DNA from: Mobula hypostoma
Taxonomy: Eukaryota
NCBI RefSeq assembly: GCF_963921235.1
Contig: NC_086097.1
Coordinates: forward strand, 16,926,001 to 16,990,000
Direction: 5' to 3'
DNA length: 64,000 nucleotides
Part shown: positions 12,408-23,097 of the stretch, in pieces
Numbering within the stretch: the stretch's first letter is position 1
Layout of the letters: each line of letters opens with the position of its first letter
Made by a program: the position numbers and the translations under genes
The notes under the pieces: model-generated
Seen by the model: the letters and a program-made list of their open reading frames with translations, nothing else
Told to the model about the DNA's origin: nothing
Database searches by the model: none

Positions 12408-13767
12408 TGTAACCCTCACGTTCAGCCGGCAGCATTAGTCAAGTCAAGTCAAATTTATTTATAAAGCACATTTAAAAACAACCCAAGTTGACCAAAGTGC
12501 TGTACAAACCATAACAGTTAGCTAAAATCACAAATACAAGAAACACAGATATAAACAACAAGGCGCACAGCTTATAGGCACAAAATAAACAACACATGAG
12601 CCTAGGCACAAGCCAAAAATCAGCGACATCAGGAAGATTCAAATGCTAGTGAATAAAGGTAAGTTTTGAGCCTGGACTTAAAAGAGTCGATGGAGGGGGC
12701 AGATCTGATAGGGAGGGGAATGCTGTTCCACAGTCTAGGGGCTACAACAGCAAAGACGTGGTCACCCCTGAACTTAAATTTAGATTGTGGGACAGCCAGG
12801 AGACCCAAGTCAGCCGACCTGAGGGACCGGGAAGTAGAATAAGGGGTTAGAAGGTCTGCAATATAGGAGGGGGCCAGCCCATTTAGGGCTTTATAAGCAA
12901 ACAGGAGTAACTTAAAATCAATTCTAAACTGTACTGGTAACCAGTGGGGAGAGGCCAGGATAGAAGTAATGTGGTCCCTCTTCCGGGCACCTGTCAGGAG
13001 CCTGGCTGCGGCGTTCTGGACCAGTTGCAGACGGGACAGGGACGACTGACTAATCCCAGTGTACAGGGAGTTGGAGTAGTCCAAGCCGGAGGATATAAGG
13101 GCATGGATGACTTTCTCGAGATCTTTGAAGGAGAGAAATGACTTGATTTTGGCGATAATATGAAGCTGGAGAAAACTGGCTTTTACTACTGCCTTAACTT
13201 GTTTGTCAAACTTAAAGGCGGGATCAAGTATCACACCAAGGTTTTTGTCTTGGGAAGACAGTCTCTGGCCCCGCCAAACATGTGAAATCTGAGGTGCAAA
13301 ACCTCTTGTTTGTGTGGATGCTGTGTGATCTGTTCCCCTGTTACAAATCAGTACTACGAAATAACAAACAGTACACCATATGCAATTAAATAATTTAGCT
13401 TTATAATTCTTAATTTGACTAAAGAGTTAGTGAAGAAAAACAAAAAGAAAAGGGCCCATTTTAATGACAGTCCAATGCACACGTTGGAGCTCACGGTTTC
13501 CCTTCCGGTGGCCCTCCATCGATTTCCCCTGGTTTTCATCAACTCCCAGCCTTACTCCAGGTCCACTTCTTTCTGGTATCCTTTCTCTTCATCTTCCGCT
13601 GAACAAAAGACCTTGAACAACTCAGTCTCAGGCACACAAGAAAAAAACTCTCCCTTCATTGGATGGCGTACATTCCAAAGCCCCCGCTATCTCTGGTCAT
13701 AACCCAAACACTGCTGCTGCAGAAACAACCATTACCTTAGCATTGAAACCTTCCCCAGGCTGTTACA
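12408..13767 (-). repeat. 3' LTR of Gypsy element 1 (12408-12440 + 13247-13767, split by L2)
   Basis: Joining the two parts reproduces the sequence of the 19124-19666 LTR. Confidence 0.92.
12441..13246 (-). mobile_element. L2 LINE 3' fragment inserted in the LTR
   Basis: ORF 12629-13234 (LDYSNSL, LQLVQNAAARLL, HWLPVQFRIDFK, PRLWNSIP) and a (GTCAA)n tail at ~12438-12452. Confidence 0.93.
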
Positions 13768-13780
13768 CTCTCCCCCCACC
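13768..13780 (-). promoter_or_regulatory. Polypurine tract of Gypsy element 1
   Basis: Minus-strand GGTGGGGGGAGAG directly precedes the TG of the 3' LTR. Confidence 0.85.
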
Positions 13781-14031
13781 AAATTTATTCATGTCTTCAT
13801 GACTTTGAGATAATTTTCCAACCCTTCCTACAAAGCACAAAGTGCAACCCAGGTGTAAAAGGCAGTGACATAGCTCCCCAAAGTGGTAGGGACCACATTC
13901 TGTTCCCCCGGTGCTATATAGGCCAGCCTATCCTAATTCTTGGAGACCTCCATTCCCCCTCATCTACCTCTTCATGTTCCGACACTACTGGGGATACTTC
14001 TGGTCTACCTGGCGAGGCCTCCCCTGGTCTA

Positions 14032-17000
14032 TCACTTATGTCCTCCTGCAACTTGGACCCTTCTGACCCTTGGCCGAGGCCGCTTCATCCCTTGCAGGGT
14101 CCCACTGAACCCCAGGTTGTCCACAGAAAGCCTCCCCTTCTCCACCTGACTCAACGTGAGAAGGGTTGGGAATCTCCTCAGTGGGGAGTTAGCAAAAGGC
14201 AGCATATACCACACCTCCATTTCCTCATTCTCCGAATCAGTGTCCCACTCAGGAGCGGGGGCCAGTCTAATCTCTCCGGCTGTTGGTCCTTCAGCCTCCC
14301 TGTGATGCTGCAGAGTCCTCTTACTAGGTGTAGGCTCCAGGTCAGGCTCTGGGTCAGCCTGCAGCTCTTCTCCCACGGGCAGAAGGTGGTTCCGACGGAG
14401 AATCTTGACAGACCCATTCCCATTCTCTGGTTTCACCCGGAAGACAGTTACGTTTGGCATCTGACTCTCCACTACATAGGGCGTAGCCGCCTAGCGGTCA
14501 GCCAACTTGTGCTTTTCAGGTAGCCCCAAATTCTTTATGAGGATTCGGTCTCCCGGCATGAGTTGGAAGAACCTCATGTTTTGATCATACCTCCTCTTAT
14601 TTCCTTGATTCTGCTTGGCAGCCGTAACCTCAGCTAATTCATAAGCCTTATTTCAGCTCTGTTCTCATATGAGACACATACTTTAGATAAATCTTCAGTG
14701 ATAGGTCGTCCTTGCCAGCCCCACAAAGGTTGATGGGCAACCTTGCCTCACGCCCAAACATCGGATTATATGGCGAGAACCTGGTAGCTTCATTTCAGGT
14801 ACAGTTGTAGCAGTGGACCAGATGTCCAATATGTTCACTCCACCTGCTCTTCTTGCTGATCTCCAGGGTTCCGAGCATGTCTAGCAAGGTCCAGTTAAAC
14901 CTCTTGGGCTGGGGATCACCCTGCAGGTGATAAGGAGTAGTCCTCGAATTCTCGACTTCGAGCATGCTCAGTAACTCATGGATGAACCAACTCTCGAAAT
15001 CCCGTTTCTGATTACTATGTATCCGCCCGGGGAAATACTTCTCCCATAACACTTTGACCATGGTGGACGCCCTCTGATCCTTGCTTGGGAAAGCTTGCGC
15101 ATATCTGGTGTAGAGATCCATGATGACTAAGACATTCACCATGTTGCTGGCATCTGGCTCTATCAACAGGAAATCCATACACACCAGGTCAAGGGGCTCT
15201 GCACTCTGCAAATGGGACAAGGGAGCTGCCCTTGTAGGCAGCGTCTTCCTCCGTATGCATCGAATGCACGACTTGCAGTATTCTTCGACCTCTGGTTTCA
15301 TTCGGGGCCAATAAAGCCGATCTCTGAGCAGTCCATAGGTCTTTTCAACCCCCAAGTGGCCAGAATCATCATAAAGTGACTTGAACACAATCCTCCGATA
15401 CCTCTCAAGCAGAACCAGCTGGCAACGCCGAGGTCGGTCCAGAAGTGACGTGACCTGCTATAGGATCCGGTTCCTCAATTTTAATCTGGGCCATTCTCTC
15501 AGTAAGTTAGACACCACAGCGTGTTTCATCTTCTCCCCTTGGGCCATGTCTCCCTTTTTGACCGCTGACCAAATGGTACCAATGCCCGGGTCATCTCACT
15601 GAGCAGCTGCCACTGCCCCAGGACACAATTCCGGTAACTGGTCTGTCTTTAGAGCAGTCAGGTTACAGTAAACTTGTGGAATGGCGTCATCAGAAGCTTC
15701 CAATTGATCTACCCTCGATTCTCCCTTGCCTTTCCTCTGCCTTCACCGTGATGGAAAACTGGCACATGGCTTTCACTCCTGGCGCAGGAGAGCTCTCCCA
15801 CTCTTTGTCCCTGTTCTTGTTGTTCAAGCGCACGTTGGGACAAAGCATCAGCATCAATGTTCCTGCTTCTCGGCCGGTACTTCAGCCTGAAATCATAGGC
15901 AGAGAATGCTACCAACCACCGATGGCCTGTGGCATCCAGTTTTGCTGATCTCAGGATATAAGTTAGGGGATTGTTGTCTGTCCTCACCTCAAACTTGGCA
16001 CCATAGAGGTAGTTCCTCAGCTTATCCACAACAGCCCATTTCAACATCAGAAACTCCAACTTGTTCCTGGGATAGTTTTTCTCAAAGGGCGACACACTCT
16101 GGCTGACAAACGCAACAGGTCTCAACCTGGTGCCCTGATCCTGATACAGGACATCCCCTAAGCCCTCTCTGCTGGCATCCATGTGCAGTACATACAGCAA
16201 TCAGGGTCTGCAAAAGCCAGCACAGGCACCAAGGTCAACATCTCCTTCAGCGACTGAAAGGCCTCTTCACATTTCACATCCCACCTTGGTCCAAAAGGCT
16301 CCAAGGGGCAAAGATGATCTTTACCCTCCTCTGCTTTTGTCCTCCTCCCATTCTTTCCCAAGGGACAGTAACCACACAGAAGCTGATCTAAAGGGTGACT
16401 CACTTTCGCGTAGCCCTTCACAAACCTCCGATAGTAACCACAGAACCGAAGGGATGAGCGCAAAGTGCTCACAGTCTGGGGCCTTGGCCAAGTGGTGACT
16501 GCCTCTGTCTTAGCTGGATCCATTGCTACTCCATCCATTGAGACGATGTACCCAACAAAGTGACAGACGTCTTGCAGAACTGGCAATTGTCCAGGGAAAG
16601 TTTTAACCGTTCAGCTTTTAGACAGCCCAGCACCTTCAGCAGCCTCGCTTCATGCTCTTCCAAGGCTGACCCAAACACTATGAGGTCACCCAGATACACC
16701 AATTCCTCAAGCAAGTTCATATCCCCCATTATTTTCTCCATGACACGCTGGAAGATTACAGGGGCTCCTGATATTCCCTAGGGTATCCTTTCAAACTGGA
16801 AGAATCCCAGTGGAGATATAAATGTCATCTTCTCTTTGTTGGCCTCACTCACGGGGATCTGGTAATATTCACTCCTCAAGTCCAGCACACTGAACTACTT
16901 CGCACCACTCAGGCAGGCCAGCGCATCTTCAATCCTTGGGATCGTACACTGGTCGGGGACGGTACACCTGTTCAGAGTCCTATAGTCCACACACATGCAT

Positions 17001-18150
17001 ACCTTCCCATTCTTCTTTCTGGCCACTACTACTGGGGACACATAGGGGCTTCTGGACGCACTGATCGTCTCAGCTTCCTTCAACTTCCACAAATACTGCC
17101 GCACGTCTTCCACCTCTGCAGGGGCCAGTCGCCGCGGCCTCTCTCTGAACGGGGTGTCCTCGGTCACCCGGGTAGTGTGACAAGTGTTCTTGGAACAATC
17201 CACATCAAACTCATCAGTGGAAAAGACACCTTCCAGCTTCAACATCTTCTTTATCAACCTTCTCTTCCAACCTGCAGGTACCGGGGAGTCCCTGAAGTTG
17301 AATGACTCAGTGGTCAACTTACCCCCTTTTTCAGATAGTTTCTCCCTGGCTTGTCTCACAGGGACACTAGACATTACCATCACCGGGAACAGATGCGCCA
17401 GGGGTATCCTCCGCTTGAAGGTGACCTCCCTCTTCGTAGTGTTCCTGACAATCACTGCCATCCTGCTTGCCTGTACCACCAAGGGCTTCTGCAGTTCGGG
17501 CCTCATCAGTACCCCAGCAGGAAATCCCAACTCCTCCTTGTGGTCTTCTGGAGCATCCACAAAGAGGGCCTTGCTGTCAGGCATTCCGGGAAAATGGGGG
17601 GGGGGGGTTCCCATCACTCTCGCTACTTCCCCGGGTTGTAACATGATTGGCTTCGATTAGGTGAACCACACAGTCCCTCATCTAAATTCAGTATCTGGCC
17701 CAATGCAGCCACGCACTTCCTCAAAAGCAGCTCGAAACACCGGGTGAACGGACAATGATCTCAGGAAGCTCTCTCCAGCTTTCTCCTTGCAGGCTCCCAT
17801 GAGCCTCCTCACAATAGGAGAGTTGGTCCCCACAAGAATTGAAACGCCGCCCTTCTCAACGGGGTCTGGACAAACTAGCGCTAATGTATCAAGGGCCTCA
17901 GACACTCCCACACCGGCCTCTGAAAACTCCAGCTTCACTGACAAATAACCATCATACAGATAATCACCCGCACTAAGACCCCAGATCTCTAGTGCACTGA
18001 ATGACGTCAATGGTAAATGCGTCAAATACTAGTTGTAAAACGAATGGTTTTACAAAGTGACCTGCGACCCCGCGTTAAGTATGGCTCGAGCATAAGTACC
18101 CTATATCTGTAGCGATACACTGGAGCTTGGCCCCACTAAGCCTTCAGGAA
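14032..18150 (-). pseudogene. pol: Gypsy pol (protease, RT, RNase H, integrase), disrupted
   Basis: Protease AILNAGSQVT (~18060-18090). RT SPYVSPVVVARKKNGKVCMCVDYRTLN and VYLGDLIVF. RNase H DASREGLG and TDNNPL. Integrase GHLG..C..C, MDFL, IHSNQ, PYHLQG. Many stops and frameshifts. Confidence 0.93.
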
Positions 18151-18299
18151 CAGGGTTTTTTTGTTTCAGGGTGTTCCTTGATATATTGCTGGGAATGAGT
18201 TCCCCCCGATACACCAGGTTATCTCCTCACTGGGTCTCTTAAATTTTTCCAATGACTCTCTCTGCTTAGGTACCCAAGGGCTCACTCTTCAAGGGGTTT

Positions 18300-19101
18300 C
18301 CGGTTGTTCACACTCCCGCCTGGAGTGTCCCTCTTTTTAACAGACAAAACCAGTCACCCCCCCTTCTCACGGGACCCTGGCTGCTAGCAGCCCTCTGCAC
18401 AGTCTGGCCCCTTAGATCCGCCTCCCTATCAGTTCCATCATATGGGGCGGGGGGTCACACCCGCTGATAACAACTGGAACATCTCAGTTCTCAACACTAC
18501 CACAATCTCCTCTACCACTCCCCAGGGCAGGCTATCCGTGGTCACTTCACCCCAGGGGACCCTCAGGACTGTACCCTGCTGACGGAGGCCTCCTGTGCTT
18601 CCGACACATTTTCCTCCTCTCGTACTTCTCTGATCAGCTCAACAAACGAGGGAGGGGGGGTGCATCTTATGAGACAGTCGGAGACCCCAAGCGATCAGGT
18701 CCTGGGACTGGGCGCCCTTTGCTATCTGGTCCATTCTTAACTGATCCACCGCAGCCGCCTGAATAGCCTCTCGGCGTCGCAAGCAATTTAGCTGCCTCTC
18801 TAGCCGAAAGATACAGGCAGAAAGCTTCTTCCCCTTCTCCTGACGCATGTTCTGAAACCCCGTCATGAGCTCCATAGGGCTTCCTGTCATGCCAAACACA
18901 TTTTCCAGTGCTTGCATGTAAGCGGCAGTAGTGGCAAAAGGGTACAGGGACTTCACGGCTCTCACATCAGCTGCCCGCCCCCTCAAACTTTCAACCAATC
19001 GCTGTCGTTTTACATCATCAGAGCACTGCCACTCATCTAACAACTGAGAGGTCTGCCCCGCCCAAGTCTCATACTCCTCTTCCCGTTCAGGGGTGGGCTT
19101 C
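18300..19101 (-). pseudogene. gag: PNMA-like Gypsy gag, N-terminus missing
   Basis: ORF 18639-19184 contains KPTPEREEEYETW…KRQRLVESLRGRA…ALENVFG…QEKGKKLSACIFRLE. A degenerate zinc knuckle lies near 18310-18355. Confidence 0.85.
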
Positions 19102-19119
19102 ATTCCGGATGAACCCCCA
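19102..19119 (-). promoter_or_regulatory. Primer-binding site, tRNA-Pro type
   Basis: Minus-strand TGGGGGTTCATCCGGAAT lies 4 nt after the 5' LTR and matches the tRNA-Pro PBS TGGGGGCTCGTCCGGGAT at 15/18. Confidence 0.75.
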
Positions 19120-19123
19120 CAGT

Positions 19124-19666
19124 TGTAACCCTCAGGTTGGGCTGGCGGCGTTAGTCTCGGGAAGATGGTCTCTGGCCCAGCCAAGTATGTGAAATCTGAG
19201 GTGCAAAACTTCTTGTTTGGGTGGATGCTGTGTCATCTGTTCCCCTGTTACAAATCAGTACCATGAAATAACTACACCATATGTAATTAAACAGCTTTGC
19301 TTTATAGTTCAAAACTTGACTAGAGGGTTAGTAAAGAAAAACAAAAAGAAAAGGGCCCATTTTAATGAAACAGTCCAATGCACACGTTGGAGCTCACAGT
19401 TTCCCTTCCGGTGCTCCTCCATTGTTTTCCCCTGGGCTTCCTCGACTCCCGGCCCCACTCCAAGTCCACTCCTTTCAGGCATCTTCTTTCTTCATCTTCC
19501 ACCGAACAAAAGACCTAGAACAACTTGCTGTCAGGCACACAACAAGAAAAGAACACTCCCTTCATTGGTCACATTCTAAAGCCCCCGTTATCTCTAGTCA
19601 TAACCCAAGCACTGCTGCTACAGAACAACCATTACCTTAGCAGTGAAACTTTCCCAGGCCGTTACG
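19124..19666 (-). repeat. 5' LTR of Gypsy element 1
   Basis: Direct repeat of the 12408-13767 LTR, with terminal TGTAAC…GTTACG. Confidence 0.93.
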
Positions 19667-19699
19667 TAAGTTAAAGAGAAAACATCTTTCAGAATCTCA

Positions 19700-20060
19700 G
19701 CGTGTTCCAAAAGCTGAACAGGTTCTTTCTGAAATGTACTTGAGATTGTAATGTAGGAAAGATGCAAGTCCACTTGTACATAGCAGACTCAGTAAGCAAC
19801 AATATGAGGGTGACCAGTTAATCTGCTTTTGTGAGGGATGATATATTGCCCAATATGCCACTGCTCCTCGTCAACATAGTGCTCTGTGATTTTATGGCAC
19901 TCCAAATCCAAGTCTCAGTTTAACACTTCCTCTGAAAGACTGCACCTACGAGACTTCCTCAGGTCTGCACAGGGGAGTTAGCTTTGGATTTCCTCAGAGC
20001 TTAGGTCACTAAAATGGAACTTGTACAAGGGTGACAACTTGTGGGCCAAGGCTAGCAGTT
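19700..20060 (-). mobile_element. Old SINE remnant (possibly Deu-domain type)
   Basis: Weak similarity to 7330-7600 and 29260-29480 (TGTAATGTAGGAAA…AATATTG…CTCAGTTTAACA..TC.TCTGAAAGAC). The family call is from recollection only. Confidence 0.35.
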
Positions 20061-20617
20061 ATTTCCACTATTATACTCTGAATTAATTGCGGTGATTTCC
20101 TTTGTGTTTGCACCCAAGGAACAAATATTTCATAGATGAAAGCAATGGAAAAAGATGAGCTTTGATATTAGTTTATTATTGTCATGTGTGCCGAGATACA
20201 ATGAAGAGCTTTTGTTTGCATGTGCCATCCAGACAGATCATTCCCTGCATAAGTACTTTGAGGTAGTAAAAGGCAAATCAGAATGCAGAACATACAATCA
20301 ATCTATGTATATACTGTAAGCTATTTAATGTATTTATCTTATTGTGTGTTTTCTTTTTTGTGCTGCATCAGATCCAGATTAACAATTATTTCATTCTCTT
20401 TACTGGAGCAATCTTGAAATATTGAATGCCACACTACTGCTTCAGAGATGGCGCAGTACAGATCGACCAATAAAGTGTAAATGTCAGATGAGGTACTTTA
20501 GGAGATCCTGCAGCTATAACCATCCCTCACCTTGTCATGATGCTGAAGTGAGTCATTGATGAGGCCTGACTCTCCTTACCTCACTTCCATAGATGATTAC
20601 AAGGGCAGGCGAGGTAG

Positions 20618-21438
20618 TGCGGATGCTGGAATGTGGAGCAATGAACAGTCTACTAGAGGAACCCAGTGGCATGAGCAGCATCAGAAGGAGGAGAGCAATG
20701 GCCAGTGTTTCGGTTTGAAAACTCTGCTTTAGAACTCTTGATGCAGGGTTTCAACACGAAACGTCAGCAGTTCCTTTCCTCCCACAGATATGACTGCCAT
20801 AAGACAAAGGTGAGAGAATGAAGACTGTTGGCCCATCAAGTCTGCTCTACTGTTTAATCATGGCTGATTTATTTTCCCTCTCAACCCCATTGTCCTGCTT
20901 TATTCCTATAACCTTCGGTGCCCTGACTAGTTAAGAACCTATCTGTCTCTGTTTTAAAGGGATGTACTTCTATTTTGAGGCTGTGTCTTCTGGTGCTACA
21001 CTCTCCCACTAAACATCCTCCCCATGTCCACTCTATCTAGGTCTTTCACTATTCAATGAGATCCTACCCACCCCCCAACCCCGGTCATATTTCTACACTC
21101 CAGTGAGTACAGGCCTAGAACTATCAAACACACCTTGTAGGTTAACCCTTCCAATCCTGGAATCATTCTAACGTACCTCCTCTGGATTTTCTCCATGCCA
21201 GCAAACTGCTGGAAATACCCCAAGTATGGTCTGACCAATGCCTTATAAAGCGTCAGCATTACAACTTTACTTTTATATTCTAGTCCTCTCAAAATGAATG
21301 CTGACATTGCATTTGCCTTCCTCACCACCGACTCAACTTGCAAATTAACCTTCAGGGAATCCTACACTAGGACTCCCAAGTCCCTTTCACCTCTGAGGCT
21401 GCTTGAACCACCGGGTTTCTGCAGCAGATGGTTGCTCG
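20618..21438. mobile_element. Inverted pair of Penelope-like termini, interrupted by CR1
   Basis: 20618-20735 (minus orientation) is followed by TTGATGCAGGGTTTCAACACGAAACGTC…CCCACAGAT (plus orientation, to ~20790). The plus arm resumes at ~21398 (GCTGCTTGAACC…CAGCAGATGGTTGCTC). Confidence 0.55.
20797..21397 (-). mobile_element. CR1 LINE 3' fragment
   Basis: ORF 21053-21343 (VRKANAM…LYKALVRPYL) and a CR1 3' UTR at ~20800-20950. Confidence 0.85.
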
Positions 21439-21754
21439 AGTGCAAGTGAGCCCTCCTTTGGCAATGATCAGTATCCTCCCGGACCACGAGCACGACGCAC
21501 TGCTTGTCATTAGGCTTTGCTGTGGAAAGACTGATTATGTTCCACCATCAGTGTTTCAGACAAAGGTGAATTCTGGTTAGTTCACGTGGAAGAAACTTAC
21601 AGTATTCTCAACTTAAGATGAGTGATGAAATTTCTCTCTGTAACACTGTAAAGTGTAAGTAATGGAACAAATGACCAAGTTTCCCTTGGCTTGCCCGGAA
21701 TATGTTGAATGCAGTCTTCAGCCCCATGCCTACAATATGATCCTTTGCATTTTA

Positions 21755-21976
21755 TTACTTATTTAGAGATCCAGGCCCTTCTGGCCCAATGAGCCTGTAC
21801 TGCCCCAGTTGCGCTCGTGTGACTAGTTAACCTACGAACCTGTCTTTGGAATGAGGGAGAAAACTCACGTGGTCAGGGGAAGAGCCTACAAGGTCTTTAC
21901 AGACAGTGATGGGAATTGAACCTGGGACTGCAGCCGCTGTAATAGTGTTCCGCTAAATACTACGCCACCACGCCAC
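21755..21976 (-). mobile_element. tRNA-derived SINE (V-SINE/HE1-like)
   Basis: The minus strand starts GGGTGGCGTGGTGGCGTAGTA and has B box GGTTCAATTCC. Core shared with 988-1290. Confidence 0.65.
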
Positions 21977-22799
21977 CCTTACCAAGCCCCTATCTTGTTC
22001 AGCTGGAGTGAATCAATGGCCCTTTCACGGTGGTAACTCTGATTGCTGTTAAATAAATATAATTCTCAGGTCAGCTTGAGGTTATTGTGTGGCCTGGATA
22101 CTTTGTGCATCGGAATGCGAATGGCAGTCTGTCAGGCTGTAGTTCTGAAGAGTCTGGGATTTTAGGAATGTTTTGTATCGAAACGCGACATCTGTTGCGA
22201 CAAATATGCCGTTTCTAATATGTTACGACCAGATGTCCCAGGCTGTTCAGATCCAGATCTCAGTGTTATAATTAGAAAAGCATTATGTTCAGTGTCAACT
22301 CATGTACCACTCTATCATTACAATATACAGCTTGGAGAATCCTCTTGCAAGCATAAGAAAATCATAGGTCCTGAGGTCAAATGCAAGGCATTTTCAATTT
22401 CTGTGGAAATTTCTTGAAACCAGCATGAAGCGATGATTTTCCTTCTCCTGGGCCTCATTTTCTTTGGTGAAGTATAATTCTGCGCGTGCGATGACTAGAA
22501 TGGGACAAGGATGCCTAGAAGTGACAGAACTGACCATCCATTTGGGTTTTCATTCAGCAGGTTGGGACAGCTCACTCCAAAGGCATTCTATCTATCTATT
22601 CCTGGGAAGTTCTCTGCCCTTCTTAGATGGGGATAGGAGAGCGATGATGTGAGAGATTCTGCGGATGCTGGAAATCTACAGCACGCAAGCAAATTGCAGG
22701 AGGAATTCCACAGGTCAGGTAGCATCTGTAAAGGGAAATAAACATTTGACTATCACCTCTCGTTGGTTTCCCTCCTCCTTCCATTTATTCCATTTACTA

Positions 22800-23091
22800 C
22801 ACAGGATTTTAAAAATCTGCAGAGGGTTGTAAACTCAGCCAGCCCCATCATAGGCACTAGCGTCCCCACTGTCCAGAATATCTTCAAAAGGTGATGCCTC
22901 AGAAAGGTGGCTTCCATCATTGGGGACCCTCACCTTTCAGGACATGCCCTCGGCTCATTGCTACTATCTGGGAGGAGGTGCAGGAGCCTGAAGATCCATA
23001 CTCAACGTTTTAAAAAACAGTTTCATCCCCTCTGCCATCAGATTTCTGAACGGACAATGAGTGAACCAACCCCTGGACATTACTTCACTAT
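22800..23091 (+). mobile_element. Rex-type LINE fragment (continues at ~26269-26590)
   Basis: Start of ORF 22907 (ASIIGDPHLSGHALGSLLLSGRRCRSLKIHTQRFK). The 3' UTR resumes after the Penelope insertion and ends AAGCCTGATTCTAAT. Confidence 0.78.
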
Positions 23092-23097
23092 AAACTC

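Larger units (their letters stand above)
12408..19666 (-). mobile_element. Gypsy/Ty3 LTR retrotransposon, two LTRs, decayed
   Basis: LTRs TGTAAC…GTTACA/G at 12408-13767 (interrupted) and 19124-19666. TAAG duplicated at 12404-12407 and 19667-19670. PBS and PPT present; gag-PR-RT-RH-IN order on minus. Confidence 0.95.

Noticed and set aside
14032..14472. Possible env-like extra ORF in the Gypsy 3' region
   Set aside because: It is the integrase C-terminal extension (also at 60502-60966), with no signal peptide or transmembrane segment visible.
18639..19184. Domesticated PNMA-family host gene
   Set aside because: It sits inside an LTR-bounded Gypsy with TSDs, is truncated and is disrupted. The same applies to 40136-41489.
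22433..22477. Signal-peptide leader exon (MIFLLLGLIFFG)
   Set aside because: Weak donor (GTGAAG), very short, and no downstream domain exon found.
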